A DNA stretch of 20,000 bases from Rhizaria sp. SCN 62-66. Lineage: Eukaryota. Positions 19,827 through 20,000 of this stretch are shown here, in pieces; position 1 is the first letter of the stretch; each line of letters begins with the position of its first letter. Location: contig MEDY01000188.1 of NCBI GenBank assembly GCA_001724265.1, positions 52,539 to 72,538 of the forward strand. The letters are read 5' to 3'. The notes below the pieces were generated by a model. That model saw only the letters and a program-made list of their open reading frames with translations. It was not told where the DNA came from and searched no databases. A program made the position numbers and the translations under genes.

Positions 19827-20000
19827 ATGGTCAAGCACAACAACGCGATCGCGAACAACCACTTCCGCAAGGACTGGCAGAACCACATTAAGACCTGGTT
19901 TGACCAGCCCGCCCAGAAGGTTGCTCGTGCTGCCAAGCGCGTCGCCAAGGCCAAGAAGCTTTTCCCCCGCCCCACCGAGGCTCTCCGCCCCGTCGTCCGC
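19827..20000 (+). CDS. RPL13: 60S ribosomal protein eL13, 5' part (truncated by the window edge; absent from the ORF track)
   Basis: Translates [58 protein letters not shown], with the classic eL13 N-terminal HFxKxWQxxxKTWFxQP and PRP..LRPVVR motifs and strongly C/T-ending codons typical of a highly expressed gene. Confidence 0.97.
   Translation, partial: MVKHNNAIANNHFRKDWQNHIKTWFDQPAQKVARAAKRVAKAKKLFPRPTEALRPVVR

Noticed and set aside
19784..19975. 63-aa minus-strand ORF in the ORF track
   Set aside because: Antisense to the unambiguous RPL13 coding frame.
1..20000. Prokaryotic features: CRISPR array, operon, defence system, IS element
   Set aside because: No regularly spaced repeats and no transposase, RT or nuclease motifs; spliceosomal introns, URB1 and eL13 mark the DNA as eukaryotic nuclear.

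Overview
This is a eukaryotic (protist-like) nuclear window: GC-rich exons, AT-rich spacers and GT-AG spliceosomal introns. No prokaryotic operon, CRISPR array, rRNA/tRNA or recognisable transposon is visible. About two thirds of the window is one minus-strand, 3-exon gene (19130..5963, ~4272 aa): an extremely Ala-expanded URB1/Npa1 nucleolar pre-60S factor. It sits head-to-head with the start of 60S ribosomal protein eL13 (RPL13, 19827..>20000). The left 5.6 kb holds two divergent, mutually related importin-alpha-like ARM-repeat genes (1805..<1 and 5553..~3512). Both are interrupted by in-frame UAR codons, and the second also by a 1-nt frameshift. The same region records a tandem duplication (units 1715-2891 and 2892-6572) that created an ARM/URB1 chimeric junction, and the first unit lacks the second ARM gene. 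The leading candidates for follow-up are the in-frame UAR codons (pseudogenisation versus stop recoding), the IBB-less ARM family, the duplication history, and a dense GTAC cluster. All calls are from reading the sequence by eye; no searches were run.
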